Origin: Vicinamibacteria bacterium
GTDB lineage: Bacteria; Acidobacteriota; Vicinamibacteria; Vicinamibacterales; JAENWD01
Length of the DNA: 64,000 bases
Assembly (NCBI GenBank): GCA_963818215.1
Contig: CAWFRL010000007.1
Span: 2,587 to 66,586, forward strand
Direction of reading: 5' to 3'
Within the stretch, counting starts at the first letter, position 1. The number at the start of each line of letters is the position of its first letter. The position numbers and the translations under genes were made by a program. The notes below the pieces were generated by a model. That model made no database searches, was not told where the DNA came from, and saw nothing but the letters and a program-made list of their open reading frames with translations. This document shows, piece by piece, positions 24,327 to 34,623 of the stretch.

Positions 24327-24998
24327 CAGTCACCCGCGATGAACATCAGCATCTGCCAGCGTCCGTCCCCTCTGGAGAAGTGCGCGCGATAACCGATGGG
24401 GCTGCGAACGAACCGCGAGGCGATGAAGCCGATGTTCTTGCTTTCAAGCCTCACGGCGATCCAGCCTTCAGGCGTATCGGTTCGATGGGCGAGAGAGCGG
24501 CAAAATCTCTGAAGCTGCTGACAGAGGTCGACTCCGCGTCCGGACGTGGCGCAGTACGGATCTGCAACGCGATCGCCGACCACCGCGACGTGCTCGAAGC
24601 CGTCTATGCCCTGGGGCCAGCGACTGTACACATAGGGGGCTAAAAACGTATCGGCCGTGTTGAATGTCCCGCCGAGTGCGAGCACGGCTGCCAGTTCCGC
24701 CCACACCTGACTGCCTGTCGTACTCGGCTTCCATGAACTCCTCGAAGAATGCCTGGCCTTGGCCTCCGCCAAAATCGCACTTGATGTTTGGGGTGCACGA
24801 CGGCCATCAATGCGGCAACTTTGTTCCGCGTGCAACCGCCGTGAGCAACTGCGCGCGGAACGTGAAGAAGTCCGGCTGCGTGGCCGCTTCGTCCACTGGC
24901 AGCAGCCGCCGCGGCGCCGCGGCCTGGGCAAGCACGCCCGCTGCGACGACAAGCGCAAGCACCGCCACCGCGTAGATTCGGCGAGGGGCCATCGACAT
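24326..24998 (-). CDS. secreted hypothetical protein with a C-terminal SH3-like segment; at least 4 frameshifts
   Basis: Signal MSMAPRRIYAVAVLALVVAAGVLAQA. C-terminus GWIAVRLESKNIGFIASRFVRSPIGYRAHFSRGDGRWQMLMFIAGD. Confidence 0.45.
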
Positions 24999-25007
24999 CC
25001 CCCGCGG

Positions 25008-25409
25008 CTAGGCCGTCCCTCGCCGGCCAAGCGCGCGGACGCTGCCGACGACCGCCAGCAGGCCGATGACGACGAATCCCAGGAAATGCGCCTTCATGGT
25101 AAATGGCGTACGTGGCCAGGCCGAAACCGCCGTACGCCAGACCGACGATCAACGACGCGTAAAACACCCGGCCACCGGTCGTCACAGCGCCAAGGCCGGC
25201 GCTGAGTGCTATTGCGCCGAACGCGGCCATGGCGGTCGACCCGAAGTACCAGCCGATGCTCATGCTGGCCATCAGATCCGGCGACGCCGACACCTTCATC
25301 AATTCTTCCCGCATGGCGGGCCAGCCCAAACCGGCGTGCGCCCAGGCGGACAGCAGGAGAAGGAGTCCCGCGATGACGAGGCAGACTGAGCTGACGCGCG
25401 AGGGCCCAT
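25008..25409 (-). CDS. small polytopic membrane protein (about 4 TM), hypothetical; 2 frameshifts
   Basis: VSSVCLVIAGLLLLLSAWAHA, SIGWYFGSTAMAAFGAIALSAG, VFYASLIVGLAYGGFGLATYAI, GFVVIGLLAVVGSV. Confidence 0.5.
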
Positions 25410-25420
25410 TACGCGAGATT

Positions 25421-25846
25421 TTACCTCTTGCCCGTGCGCGGCATCCTGGCCGGGACCAGTTCGGTCGTGGTGCCGCGCGACTTCGGCCGGCCGAGGTCGC
25501 GTGCAAACTTGAGCGCGCCCGGCGTGTGATATTTCTCCCGGTAGGCGCGCGACACGGCATCCTTCAGCCGATCGCTGCGCGTACGCACGGCGCGAACCTT
25601 CAGTTCGCGTCCCCCGATGTGGATGACGCCGTGGGGGTCCTCGAGAAACGTGCGTAACCAGCTCCGGGGCTTGAGGCTCCACGAGCGCACGAACACCCGG
25701 CGCTCGACAACCACGGCCCAGATGGCGATCACGCGGTGCGGCGCGCGCCCCGCGCGGATGCCGAGCACCTGGCACGCGCGAATCGCCTCGACGATGGCGT
25801 CAGGAAACCGGTTCGGCAAGGCCTTCACACCCCGGTACGTCGGCAA
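25421..25846 (-). CDS. DUF2255-family protein (single frame, 141 aa; start may be further downstream)
   Basis: HRVIAIWAVVVERRVFVRSWSLKPRSWLRTF, AVSRAYREKYH, C-terminal TTTELVP pattern. Assigned from memory of the family consensus. Confidence 0.55.
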   Translation of the reverse strand: MPTYRGVKALPNRFPDAIVEAIRACQVLGIRAGRAPHRVIAIWAVVVERRVFVRSWSLKPRSWLRTFLEDPHGVIHIGGRELKVRAVRTRSDRLKDAVSRAYREKYHTPGALKFARDLGRPKSRGTTTELVPARMPRTGKR

Positions 25847-26188
25847 GCGCGCGGAACACGTGGAGCCCCCGCTGCTCGGCGACCTGCACCATCAAGTCCG
25901 CGCCGTGTGAGCGCCACCCATGCGAAGCACGGCATCACAGCGTTCGAGGAGACGCTCGGCAATCGGATGGAAGACCTCCACAAACGGCTCATCGCCAATC
26001 GAGCGTGAGCCGGCCAGCGCCACCAGCGGCAAGGCGAGCCACTCGCCGACCACCGGCAGATGCCCGGCGCGATAGAGCGGAAGGGTGTACGCTTCCATGG
26101 CGCGGACGTTTGCGGCCAGCTTTGCCGGCTCGTCGCCCGTGCCAGACCGGTACGGGCCGGCAATGAGAATCATCAACGTCGACGCCAT
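25800..26188 (-). CDS. hypothetical protein, DUF4406 / nucleoside deoxyribosyltransferase-like (tentative); one frameshift near 25910
   Basis: MASTLMILIAGPYRSGTGDEPAKLAANVRAMEAYTLPLYRAGHLPVV, CDAVLRMGG then SHGADLMVQVAEQRGLHVF. Confidence 0.4.
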
Positions 26189-26297
26189 GTGATCGCAACA
26201 AGAGTAGCAGACCACATCAAGCAACCATCGTGGCCGAGTCGCCATGCGGACGGCGATTCACAGCAGGCCGGCGACCTCCGGCCACGCGCCCGCGCCC

Positions 26298-26744
26298 TCA
26301 AAGCTCAGCGGAGAGATCGCCGAGCATCGTGAAGTCCTGGAAGTCGAACCCGGGCCCGACCGTGCACCCCACGAGCGTGTACGCGCCGGTCGTACGGGCG
26401 GCCTGCCAGTCGCCGGCGGGAACGGTGTGAACCGGCGCCTGCCCGCCGGCGAGGGGTCCAAGCGTGAAACGAGTAAGCGAAGCGAGGTCGGCCGACAGTT
26501 GCAGCAACTCGAGCGGCGCGCCTTCATAGAAGTGCCAGACCTCGTCGGACCGCACGCGATGCCACCGGCTGAATGCGCCTTCCGGCAGGAGGAAGTAGAT
26601 CGTCGTCAGAGCCGGCCTGGCCCCGCGGCCGTCGGCGCGACGATCGACGACGACCGGAAGACCGCTAGACCCGCCCTCGGGATGCGCGATGAGATGCAGC
26701 TCGCGAATCAGCTCCGCAGTACGTGGGTGCTCTGATGGGGTCAT
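26298..26744 (-). CDS. cupin, DUF985 family (single frame)
   Basis: LIRELHLIAHPEGG, TTIYFLLPEGAFSRWHRVRSDEVWHFYEGAPLEL, TLVGCTVGPGFDFQDF. Confidence 0.8.
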   Translation of the reverse strand: MTPSEHPRTAELIRELHLIAHPEGGSSGLPVVVDRRADGRGARPALTTIYFLLPEGAFSRWHRVRSDEVWHFYEGAPLELLQLSADLASLTRFTLGPLAGGQAPVHTVPAGDWQAARTTGAYTLVGCTVGPGFDFQDFTMLGDLSAEL

Positions 26745-26754
26745 CGGCCTCGCT

Positions 26755-27301
26755 TCATCGCGCCGGCGACGGCCTGCTGGCCGGTGGGACAATGCCGTTC
26801 AAGCGCAGATAGATCACAAGCTGCCCGTAGTGATCCGACGCGTGCCACACCGCCAGCGTCGCCAATCCCAGCCGCGTGCTCTGTCCGCCGTAGGGCCCGC
26901 CCGCCGGCTCGAGCGCGTTGGCCGCCGTCATCGTCTTCAGCACACCGCTCGCGTAACGCGAACGACTCGCGGAGATACGCAACCAGTTCGGCTTTGGTGC
27001 GCGCGGGACCTGGCCCACCGGTCTCGCAATGCTCTGGCGGCGTCTTCTTCTCGATCTCGTTGAAGAACGCGACATTTGCACAGGCCACGTGCTTGACCTG
27101 ATCGCCGAAGCTGCGGGCGTCCTCGAATGCCCCGCCCGTCGGCTTGAAGCCATATTTCTCCTCCGGCATCGCATCGGCAAGGCTCACAAACGATCGCTCG
27201 ATCATCGTGAACCACTGCGCGACGGTCGCGGCCATCGGATCGACCGGCTCCTGAGCGCCGGCGAATCGCGGCGCACCAAGCAGTGTCATGACGATGAGCA
27301 C
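26755..27301 (-). CDS. DinB-like protein with an N-terminal signal-like segment; one frameshift near 26950
   Basis: ERSFVSLADAMPEEKYGFKP, SFGDQVKHVACANVAFF, C-terminus WHASDHYGQLVIYLRLNGIVPP. Confidence 0.65.
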
Positions 27302-27315
27302 CGCCAGGAGCGGCG

Positions 27316-27796
27316 CTATGCTGTGCCTGTCATATTTGACTCCCGCGCCCGTGATCCGTCATGTCCGTTTCGCTGCCTTCCCCCGCGAAAGCGGCCAGGG
27401 TCCAGGGGCGTGGGCAGCTCGTACCGAATCTCCACTTCGTAGCCGTCCGGGTCCTTGAAAAAGACATAAGGCTCGCCGGCAACGAATTCGCCTTGCTGCA
27501 ACACGGCGCCACCGGCAGCTACAGCGGCACGCACTGCAACCGCGATGTCGGCGGGCCGTTTCAGGCGAAAGCCGAAATGGATCACGCCGCCGGCACGGCC
27601 GGCTCTGGCTCGACAGGCGCTCGAACACGAGAACATCACGACTGCCCGGCGTCTGGGCCTGAACGAAATCCTTGCCCTCGTAGACCGGCTGCGCTCCGAT
27701 GACGGCCCGATAGAACCGCAGCGAGCGCTGCGGGTCACTTACGGCGAGCGCGATGTGGGTGAGGCCGAACGTCTTGACCGGAATTGGCTTCGGCAT
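27316..27796 (-). CDS. VOC/glyoxalase-family protein; at least 1 frameshift
   Basis: GLTHIALAVSDPQRSLRFYRAVIG, GVIHFGFRL, FFKDPDGYEVEI. Confidence 0.75.
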
Positions 27797-27861
27797 ATAT
27801 ACGCGCGTCAAGGCCGCGGATCCGAACTAGCGAGGTCGTGAAGTTGCGGCGAACCGCTGAT

Positions 27862-28660
27862 TCAGTTCCGCAAAAGGCGTCGCCCGGCGAGGCCAGCGAA
27901 TGTCCCGTGCTCGGCAATCTCGGTCGCGGCCGTCAGAAAGCCGGTCCAGGCCGCGCGGGCCAGGGCGCCGCCAACGCTGATGCGCCGAACGCCGAGCGCG
28001 GCCAGGTCCGACACGGTCGTGAAGTCGCTGCCCACCAGCACGTTCACGGGCTTGGGCGCGACGGCCTGCACGACCGCGACGATGTCCGCGGTCGCTGCGA
28101 ATGCCTGGCGCGTAGAGGCAATCGGCCCCGGCCTCGGCGTAGGCGACAAGCCGCCGGACGGTTTCGTCGAGGTCCGGCCGCCCGACGATGAAGCCTTCGG
28201 AACGAGCGGTGAGGACACACGGAGCTCGCGCTGGCGTCGAGGGCCGGCGCGCGCGGCACTGCACGCGTTCGACCGAGAGCGCGAAATCGAACAGCGGATT
28301 TGAAGGGTCGCCCGTGGAGTCCTCGATCGAGATCCCGGCGACGCCTGTCGTGGCCGCGGCATGCGACGTTGACGCCGACCTCGCCCGGCTCGATCGCAAA
28401 GCCGCCCTCGAAGTCCGCGTTGACCGGAACGTCGACGCTCTCGGCGATGGCGCGCAGGTGCGTCAAGGCCTCGGCCAAGTCACGCCGTTGTCGGCCCTTC
28501 CCATGGACCAGGCAAAGCCGGCGCTGGTGGTGGCCAGTGCCGGGAACCCGAGCTGGGCGAGCACGTGGGCGCTGCCCCGGTCCCATGGGTTGGGCATCAC
28601 GAAGCAGCCGGCCTCGTGAAGTCGCCGGAACACGCCGCAACGGTCAGGTGTCGAAGTCAT
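27862..28660 (-). CDS. isocitrate lyase / PEP mutase family protein; at least 4 frameshifts
   Basis: [93 protein letters not shown]. Confidence 0.75.
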
Positions 28661-28706
28661 CGAATTTCGATGCGGCTTACTCGCCGCATGTCGTCCTCCG
28701 ACGATC

Positions 28707-29267
28707 CTACCGCGGCCAGAGCCACCCGAACGTGCCGGCGGTCAGCATGCCGATACACGAGCCCGTCGATCATCAACTTGATCGTCGTGCCCCAGTTGCG
28801 CTTGTACCAGATCGAGGCCTGCGGCAACGACATCGCGTAGCACGCAAAGGCGACAGTGCCGACGAACCGAAACACATCGAGGTAGGCGCGCCCGGTGCGA
28901 GCGCCCGGCCTCCGATATAGCCGCCGAACACGCCGACGACGATGCAGTAGACGAACCAGAGGGCGAGACTCGTGCCCATGAAGGTGTGGCCGCCGGCGAT
29001 CACGGTCATGAACACGAGCGGTCCCTTCGCCATCCTCTCGACGAAGGCCGGCTCCTTCATCGCATTGGACGACCCCGCGCACGGCACCGCGTAGTCGCCA
29101 GGCGTGATGCCCAAGCGGCGGAACGCATCCTGCAAGGCGTCCTCGTCTGGAACCTTCTTCAAGTCGTTCTTGTGGATGGCCAGCACCATGTGGATGACGG
29201 AGCTGGCGAGGAACACCAACACCGCCGAGAGCAGAATCGGGAGCCAGAGCGAGCTGAGCGGCACCAT
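28707..29267 (-). CDS. hypothetical membrane protein; 1-2 frameshifts
   Basis: [92 protein letters not shown]-stop. Confidence 0.5.
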
Positions 29268-29294
29268 CGACGACCTCCCCGGGTTAGGCGACCT

Positions 29295-29970
29295 TCAGTT
29301 GATCCACTCGACCTCGACGACTTCGTACGGCACGCGGCCTGTGTTCCGGACGGCGTCGAGAGCGCCGTCGGAATGCCACTCGAAACGCGCCCACCGCGAC
29401 CGGCGCGGCGATGCCGGCGCCATGCGCCACGGTGTCGCCTCCGACCAGGACCTCAAGGACCGCCCCGGCGTGCTTGTGCGGCTCGAGACGCCGGCCCGGC
29501 GCCACGATCACGCGGTGCACCGCGACGCGCGCGTTGCTCAACTCCAGCACATGGCCGGCAAGCGGGGCCGGCCGGCGCCGGTGATGCCGACGCTGCCGCC
29601 GGTGCGCTCGTGAGCAGCTCGACGTCGATGAAGTGAAGCGGCGTGGGCCGACATTGCGTACGATCGTGGGTGTAGCCGCCGGCGGCAAACGACACTTGGC
29701 CGATTTTCACGGCCGACTCGACCGATGCGCGGCCGATCACGGTGGTGGCCACACGCCCACTGGCGACGGCGACAGGCACGTTGTCGCGCGAATGCGTGTG
29801 ATAGAGCGTCGCGTGGCCCGACTGGAAGGGCCGCGTCGATCACGCGCACGAGGGCGTTCTCGAAGACGACTGACGTGCGGCGGCTCCTGCTCGACCGGCA
29901 CGATGGTCTGCGCCAGCAGCGGCGCTGCGGCACACAGCAGCCCCAGCGCCAGCGCCGCCGCCGGCCGCAC
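29295..29970 (-). CDS. secreted cupin-domain protein (possibly bicupin); at least 3 frameshifts
   Basis: Signal MRPAAALALGLLCAAAPLLAQT. VVFENALVRVIDAA, VAPGRRLEPHKHAGAVLEVLVGGD, C-terminus VPYEVVEVEWIN. Confidence 0.55.
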
Positions 29971-30345
29971 TTAGATCCGCTCCTTCCCGCGCCAGCGGCG
30001 CACCAGGTCCTCGATCCCGCCATTGGCCAGGTCGCGAAACTCGCCGGCGTCGAAGAAGCGGCCGTAGCAGACCTTGCACGACTCGAACCAGATGTGCGGC
30101 TGCTCGACGTCGACCATGCGGATGGTGCGGGTGTGGCACTTGGGGCAGTCGATACGCCCTTGCGCATTCAGCGTCTCGCCGACGGCCGGATCGCCGACAT
30201 CGAGCGCCGCGGCATCGGCTGGCGTCTTCAGCCACTCTTCCTCCAGCGAGTCGAACCACATCCCTCCGCAACTGGTGCAGCGGTCCACTTCCACGATGCC
30301 GACTTTCACCGCTGCCATCGCCGACTGACATTTCGGACAGTTCAT
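29971..30345 (-). CDS. zinc-ribbon protein with two TFIIB-type zf domains (intact, 124 aa)
   Basis: MNCPKCQSAM...DRCTSCGGMWFD and IDCPKCHTRT...ESCKVCYGRFFDAGEF. Confidence 0.8.
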   Translation of the reverse strand: MNCPKCQSAMAAVKVGIVEVDRCTSCGGMWFDSLEEEWLKTPADAAALDVGDPAVGETLNAQGRIDCPKCHTRTIRMVDVEQPHIWFESCKVCYGRFFDAGEFRDLANGGIEDLVRRWRGKERI

Positions 30346-30468
30346 CCAATACTCCGTTGATTCTTGCGCCGGAGCGCCGCGCGACGCGACGACGATGAAT
30401 ATATACCGTCAGGGATCGAGCCAGCCGTCAGGATTTGCCCGCGTAGCAGAACCGGGCCGCGCGCTTCT

Positions 30469-31260
30469 TCAGGCGATAGAACGGACCACGCCGCCGTCGA
30501 CACGCAGGGCGGCGCCAGTGGTGGCCGACGCCTGCGCGCTGCAGACGTACACAATCATCGCCGCGACCTCCTCCGGCGAGGCGAACCGCCGGAGCAGCGA
30601 CGAGGGGCGGGCCGTCGCGAAGAACTCACGCTCCACCGTCGCCGCGTCCACGCCCTGGGCCGCGGCCAGTTGCTCGACAAAGCCACCGACGCCCTCCGAG
30701 GCGGTCGGGCCCGGCAGCACGCTGTTGACCGTCACGCCGGTGCCCGCGAGCGTCTCGGCCAGTCCACGCGACACGGCCAGCTGCGCGGTCTTGGTCATGC
30801 CGTAGTGGATCATCTCGGACGGGATCTGCAGCACCGACTCGCTGGAGACGAAGACGATGCGGCCCCAGTTGCGCTCGGCGCATCCCGGCCAGGTAGTGCC
30901 GCGCCAGCCGAATGCCGCTGAGCACGTTGACCTCGAAGAACCGCAGCCAGTCCTCGTCGGGGATCTCCTCGAACGGCTTGGGCTCGAAGATGCCCATGTT
31001 GTTGACGAGGATGTCCACGTCGGGCAGGTGCTGCGACCAGCAGGCGACACCCCTCGGCGGTGCCGAGGTCGGCAGCGACGCCGTCCAGCGTCGCATCGGG
31101 ATGTTCGCCCGCCAGGCTGGCCAGAGCCTGGCTGACCCGCTCGTGCGTTCGGCCATTCACGGTGACCTGCGCGCCTTCTGCGCGCCAGGGCACGCGCGGC
31201 CGCAAAGCCGATGCCTGCCGTGGAGCCAGTGACGAGCGCGCGCTTTCCCGTCAGTCCCAA
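30469..31260 (-). CDS. short-chain dehydrogenase/reductase (SDR); at least 3 frameshifts
   Basis: GKRALVTGSTAGIGFAAARALA, ILVNNMGIF, VFVSSES, YGMTKTAQLAVSRGLA, VNSVLPGPT. Confidence 0.85.
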   Translation of the reverse strand: MGLTGKRALVTGSTAGIGFAAARALARRRRAGHREWPNARAGQPGSGQPGGRTSRCDAGRRRCRPRHRRGVSPAGRSTCPTWTSSSTTWASSSPSRSRRSPTRTGCGSSRSTCSAAFGWRGTTWPGCAERNWGRIVFVSSESVLQIPSEMIHYGMTKTAQLAVSRGLAETLAGTGVTVNSVLPGPTASEGVGGFVEQLAAAQGVDAATVEREFFATARPSSLLRRFASPEEVAAMIVYVCSAQASATTGAALRVDGGVVRSIA

Positions 31261-31269
31261 GATCCATGC

Positions 31270-32166
31270 TCACCTTGCGTGAACGCCGAGACGCGTAGTG
31301 CCTGAAGCTGCCGGGATCACGGAATCGATCCACCGCGCGACCTCGTCCCAGACCTCGGCGCGCAGGGATTCGTTGTGACCGGCACCTGGCACGAGTATCA
31401 GCCGTTTCTGCGCGCGGAGGGCGTCGAACACGCGGCGCGAGTGGTCGGACCGCGTTTCCGTATCCGCCTCTCCGTGGATGAGGATCACGGGTGCATCGAT
31501 CCGTGATGCGGCGACGACCGCACCTACCGCGTCGACGTCGAACGGTGCCTCTGCTCGGCCGGCTCGAAGGCGTGTTGGATGACGCCTGCGGTGAAGAAAA
31601 AGGGCGCTCGCTCGGACGCGATGGTGCGAAGGTCCGAGAACGTCTCGGCGGCGACGACGGCGCTGACCCGCGAATCCTCGGCGGCCTCCTGCAGGGCGAC
31701 CGCGGCTCCGAGCGAGGTGCCGGCCAGGACGACGGACCCGGCGACAGAGTGTCGATGACGCGGCGGAGATCCTGCTTTTCGAAATACCCGTACGGGAAAG
31801 CCTTGCCTTCGGACTCGCCGTGCGCGCGGCTGTCGTACACCACGAAGTCGAATCCACGAGCGAAGAAGCGCTCAATGACTCCGGCTCCACTGCTCGATTG
31901 TCGGCGACGCCGTGCAGGTAGACGAGTGAGGCTCGCCGAGGCCGCGACGGCCTCGCACCGCCACCCCTGGAGTTGAATGCCCGCGCAGCATACGTCGCGC
32001 TACGACACCCGGCAGGCGGCGCAATGCGACGTGCCGGCGACTTGGACGCGGCAATCCGCCCGCGCCGATGGCCGGGAGTTGGCGGACCGCGACGACACCG
32101 GTGCGCCAGCACCATCACGCCGACAGTCGCCAGGAGCCAGCGTGAGCCTTTGATGTGAATGGCCAT
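31270..32166 (-). CDS. alpha/beta hydrolase with an N-terminal anchor; at least 3 frameshifts
   Basis: LVYLHGVADNRA, VVYDSRAHGESEG, GTSLGAAVAL (nucleophile elbow, in a shifted frame), PVILIHGEADTET, VPGAGHN. Confidence 0.75.
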   Translation of the reverse strand: MAIHIKGSRWLLATVGVMVLAHRCRRGPPTPGHRRGRIAASKSPARRIAPPAGCRSATYAARAFNSRGGGARPSRPRRASLVYLHGVADNRAVEPESLSASSLVDSTSWCTTAARTASPKARLSRTGISKSRISAASSTLCRRVRRPGRHLARSRGRPAGGRRGFAGQRRRRRRDVLGPSHHRVRASALFLHRRRHPTRLRAGRAEAPFDVDAVGAVVAASRIDAPVILIHGEADTETRSDHSRRVFDALRAQKRLILVPGAGHNESLRAEVWDEVARWIDSVIPAASGTTRLGVHAR

Positions 32167-32328
32167 ACGACCAGGACGCGTCTCACCCGCGTGCCACGCA
32201 CGGCCGGCGTAGACACGCCGACCGTCGATGGGCGAGTCGGCCACGTAGAGGAAGCGACGAACGTCCACCGACTGCACACGCACGAGGCGCTGGCGCCGGG
32301 CCGAGATCGACCCGGCGGCGCCCAGGGC

Positions 32329-32637
32329 CTATTTCAGGTGCTTGCTGACCAGCTTGGTCATCTCGAACATGTTCACGGCAGCCTTGCCGCCGAAGACGGC
32401 CTTCAGCGCCGCGTCGGCCTTGATGGTCCGCTTGTTCTTCGGATCCTGGAGCTTGTTCTTCTTGATGTAGGCCCAGAGACGCTTGGTCACCTCGGTGCGG
32501 GGAATCGGCTTGCTGCCGACGACCTCCGCCAGCGCGGCGCTGGGCGTCACCGGCTTCATGAACGCGGCGCTGGGCTTCCGGGCGGACTTCTTGGCTTTCT
32601 TCGCGGTCTTCTTGGCTTTCTTCGCAGCCTTGGCCAT
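32329..32637 (-). CDS. SWIB/MDM2-domain protein with a Lys/Ala-rich N-terminal tail (intact, 102 aa)
   Basis: MAKAAKKAKKTAKKAKKSARKP, then VTPSAALAEVVGSKPIPRTEVTKRLWAYIKKNKLQDPKNKRTIKADAALKAVFG. Confidence 0.85.
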   Translation of the reverse strand: MAKAAKKAKKTAKKAKKSARKPSAAFMKPVTPSAALAEVVGSKPIPRTEVTKRLWAYIKKNKLQDPKNKRTIKADAALKAVFGGKAAVNMFEMTKLVSKHLK

Positions 32638-32787
32638 GCGTGCTCCTCTAGTCGCGCGATACGCGCGAACGCCTTTCCACGCCGGTGGCAGAGTCACCCG
32701 CGCACCGCGCAAACGTGCTGCGAGCATCCTAGCATGCGGACCGCCATTGCACGCGGTAAGGTGCAGCCCGCCCACCCCTCCAGAGCC

Positions 32788-32985
32788 CTATCCGGCGGTC
32801 CAGTCCGTCGCCGGGCGTCGTCGCAGCGCCAGCCCGAGGTCGACGATCGCGCACCAGCGCGTCACGCGAACGACGAACCGCAGGTCGCCGATGAGCCCAA
32901 GAAGCCCGTCCCGGACAAGGGCGATCGACGTGCGAGCAGCCGCCAGTCCGAGACGGCCGCAGCAAGAACACTGCAGGCGTTTCAT
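32788..32985 (-). CDS. small hypothetical ORF (65 aa) with an N-terminal CSCC motif; start abuts the anti-sigma stop (TGATGA)
   Basis: MKRLQCSCCGRLGLAAARTSIALVRDG... About 80% GC3 in this frame. No family recognised. Confidence 0.35.
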   Translation of the reverse strand: MKRLQCSCCGRLGLAAARTSIALVRDGLLGLIGDLRFVVRVTRWCAIVDLGLALRRRPATDWTAG

Positions 32986-33443
32986 CAATCGGGCTCCGGG
33001 CTACCGGAAAGCGGTTTACCGATCGCTCCGGCTGGCCGGCTGAGCGGATGGACCGCTGCTCTGCCCGAGACGCGAACCATCAGGCCTCCGTGAACTGCGA
33101 CGGGCCTCCGTGCCTGCGCGATGTCGGCACGGGACGCAACCTCAGGCAGAGATCGCGTCGAGGACCACGCCAGAACGGTCAGGATCAGCCGCGGTGCCAC
33201 GGCCCAGCGCCTGGCTGAAATTCTGATGCTGGCGGCGCACCTCGTCGGCCACGGACCAGAACGCCAGGCCCACGACCGCCAGGCCCAGGCCGAGGCGCCA
33301 GAGGCGCGTCCTCGACGACGAAACCACATTGGACGGAGCCAGACGCCAGCCGTCGGCAGAGTCGACACGCGTGCGCTCGCGGACCGACAGCAGCCTCGGG
33401 CGATCGAGCCGCTGATGAGAAGTAGGCCAGTGTCTGCACTCAT
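32985..33443 (-). CDS. putative anti-sigma factor (zf-HC2-like N-terminus, one TM); several frameshifts
   Basis: The ATG overlaps the sigma stop (ATGA). Cys/His pieces (..CRH.., RERTRVD, H.CRLCRRL) are spread over frames. TM segment LWRLGLGLAVVGLAFWSV. Confidence 0.45.
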   Translation of the reverse strand: MSADTGLLLISGSIARGCCRSASARVSTLPTAGVWLRPMWFRRRGRASGASAWAWRSWAWRSGPWPTRCAASIRISARRWAVAPRLILTVLAWSSTRSLPEVASRADIAQARRPVAVHGGLMVRVSGRAAVHPLSRPAGAIGKPLSGSPEPD

Positions 33444-34000
33444 CGGGATCCTCGGTCGAGTCGATGCGCCGGCGACGCCAGGTCCTTCTCCATGAGCTCT
33501 CACGACGTACGGCTATCGATCCGTCGAAGCGACAGATGGCGGTAACCTGATCGACCCGATAACCCCTGCCGAGCATGCCAGCAACGCCACGTTGATGCGG
33601 CGCGGAATCGAAGGTGGACCGAACTCGATGCCGACTGCTCGCGGTCGATCGGCTTCAGAACGTCGGCCGCGAACGGCCGGCTGGTCGACGCCTTGCCGCC
33701 GCTCGGCAATGGTCAACATTCGCTGACCAGCTGCCAGACCGTGATGGGGACAGTCGGTACCGTGGCACAACGCTCCAGGACCTGAATCGACCAGCGCGAT
33801 CAGCCGATAGCCGAATCGCGACTTGCCAGATTCCGGCGGCGCAACGTTCAGCGAGATAGATCACGCTCGGCCCTGATGCCGAACGGCGGTCGCGGGCATG
33901 TTCACGCGCGCCCAGATGGGATCGAGCATCCGTCGACGAGCCATTCCGCGTCGGCTGGTTCATCGTCCCTGACCGAGAGCTCCATCGCATAGGCTACCAC
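33440..34000 (-). CDS. putative ECF (sigma-70 family) sigma factor; heavily frameshifted
   Basis: High-GC3 segments hop between frames. The region 4 HTH-like piece GYRVDQVTAICRFDGSIAVRRE lies just before the stop. The call also relies on the ATGA-coupled anti-sigma-like gene downstream. Confidence 0.4.
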
Positions 34001-34016
34001 ACCTGCCATCGTCGAT

Positions 34017-34481
34017 TCACCCGTCGTCCCGGCTATGCGCCGTCGGTCTCCCGAGCCGGCCGCTGACATGGTCCAGCAACGGTTTGACCGGATGTCGCGC
34101 CAGCAGCGACGCCGCCTCGCCCATCGGAGCCCACCTCCGCTGTCGCCAACCGCATCTCCGGCCACTCGGCCAGCTCCTCGACGACTCTCATCACATAGAC
34201 GGCGACCGTGAGGCTGGTCCGAAATTTCTGATACCCGTAGGTGCCAATGGCCTGACCAACCAGCCGCCCTCGGATGCCGGCCTCCTCCCACGCCTCATTG
34301 AGCGCCGCCCCTTCAGGCGAATCCCCCGGGTCGATGAACCCCTTGGGAATGCCCCAAGCCCCTCCGTCCCTCCTGCGGATCAGGCAACCTCGATCTCCGC
34401 GCCGCCCTGGCGCACCGCCAGGACCGCGGCCTGCTGCGCGAATCCAGCGCCGCCCCGCTGCCGCTTGGTCGAGGAGTTCAC
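34017..34481 (-). CDS. NUDIX hydrolase; 2 frameshifts (GTG start inferred)
   Basis: Nudix box GIPKGFIDPGDSPEGAALNEAWEEAGI, followed by LTVAVYVMRV and RQRRWAPMGEAASLL. Confidence 0.8.
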
Positions 34482-34526
34482 ATGCACAATTTAGACGGGA
34501 GCAATGCCCGGCGCAACGCGGGTGCC

Positions 34527-34572
34527 CACAAAACACGAAGGGCGCGACAGCGGTTGCCCGCCATCGCGCCCT
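34527..34572 (-). terminator. intrinsic terminator candidate downstream of rplQ
   Basis: mRNA strand: AGGGCGCGA-16 nt loop-TCGCGCCCT, followed by TCGTGTTTTGTG. Confidence 0.6.
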
Positions 34573-34587
34573 CAGGTGTTGTCACGC

Positions 34588-34605
34588 GCCGAACTCGAGT
34601 TCGGC
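34588..34605 (-). other. hairpin GCCGAAC-TCGA-GTTCGGC, related to the str-operon box-hairpin family
   Basis: Read directly, 19 nt after the rplQ stop. Confidence 0.6.
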
Positions 34606-34623
34606 CCGATGTGGTCCTGACTT

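Noticed and set aside
33500-34000. P-loop kinase / AAA ATPase reading of ...NVAPPESGKSRFGYRLIAL...
   Set aside because: The apparent GKS lies in a low-GC3 frame. The high-GC3 frame segments and the ATGA-coupled downstream anti-sigma-like gene fit an ECF sigma factor better. Confidence is still low.
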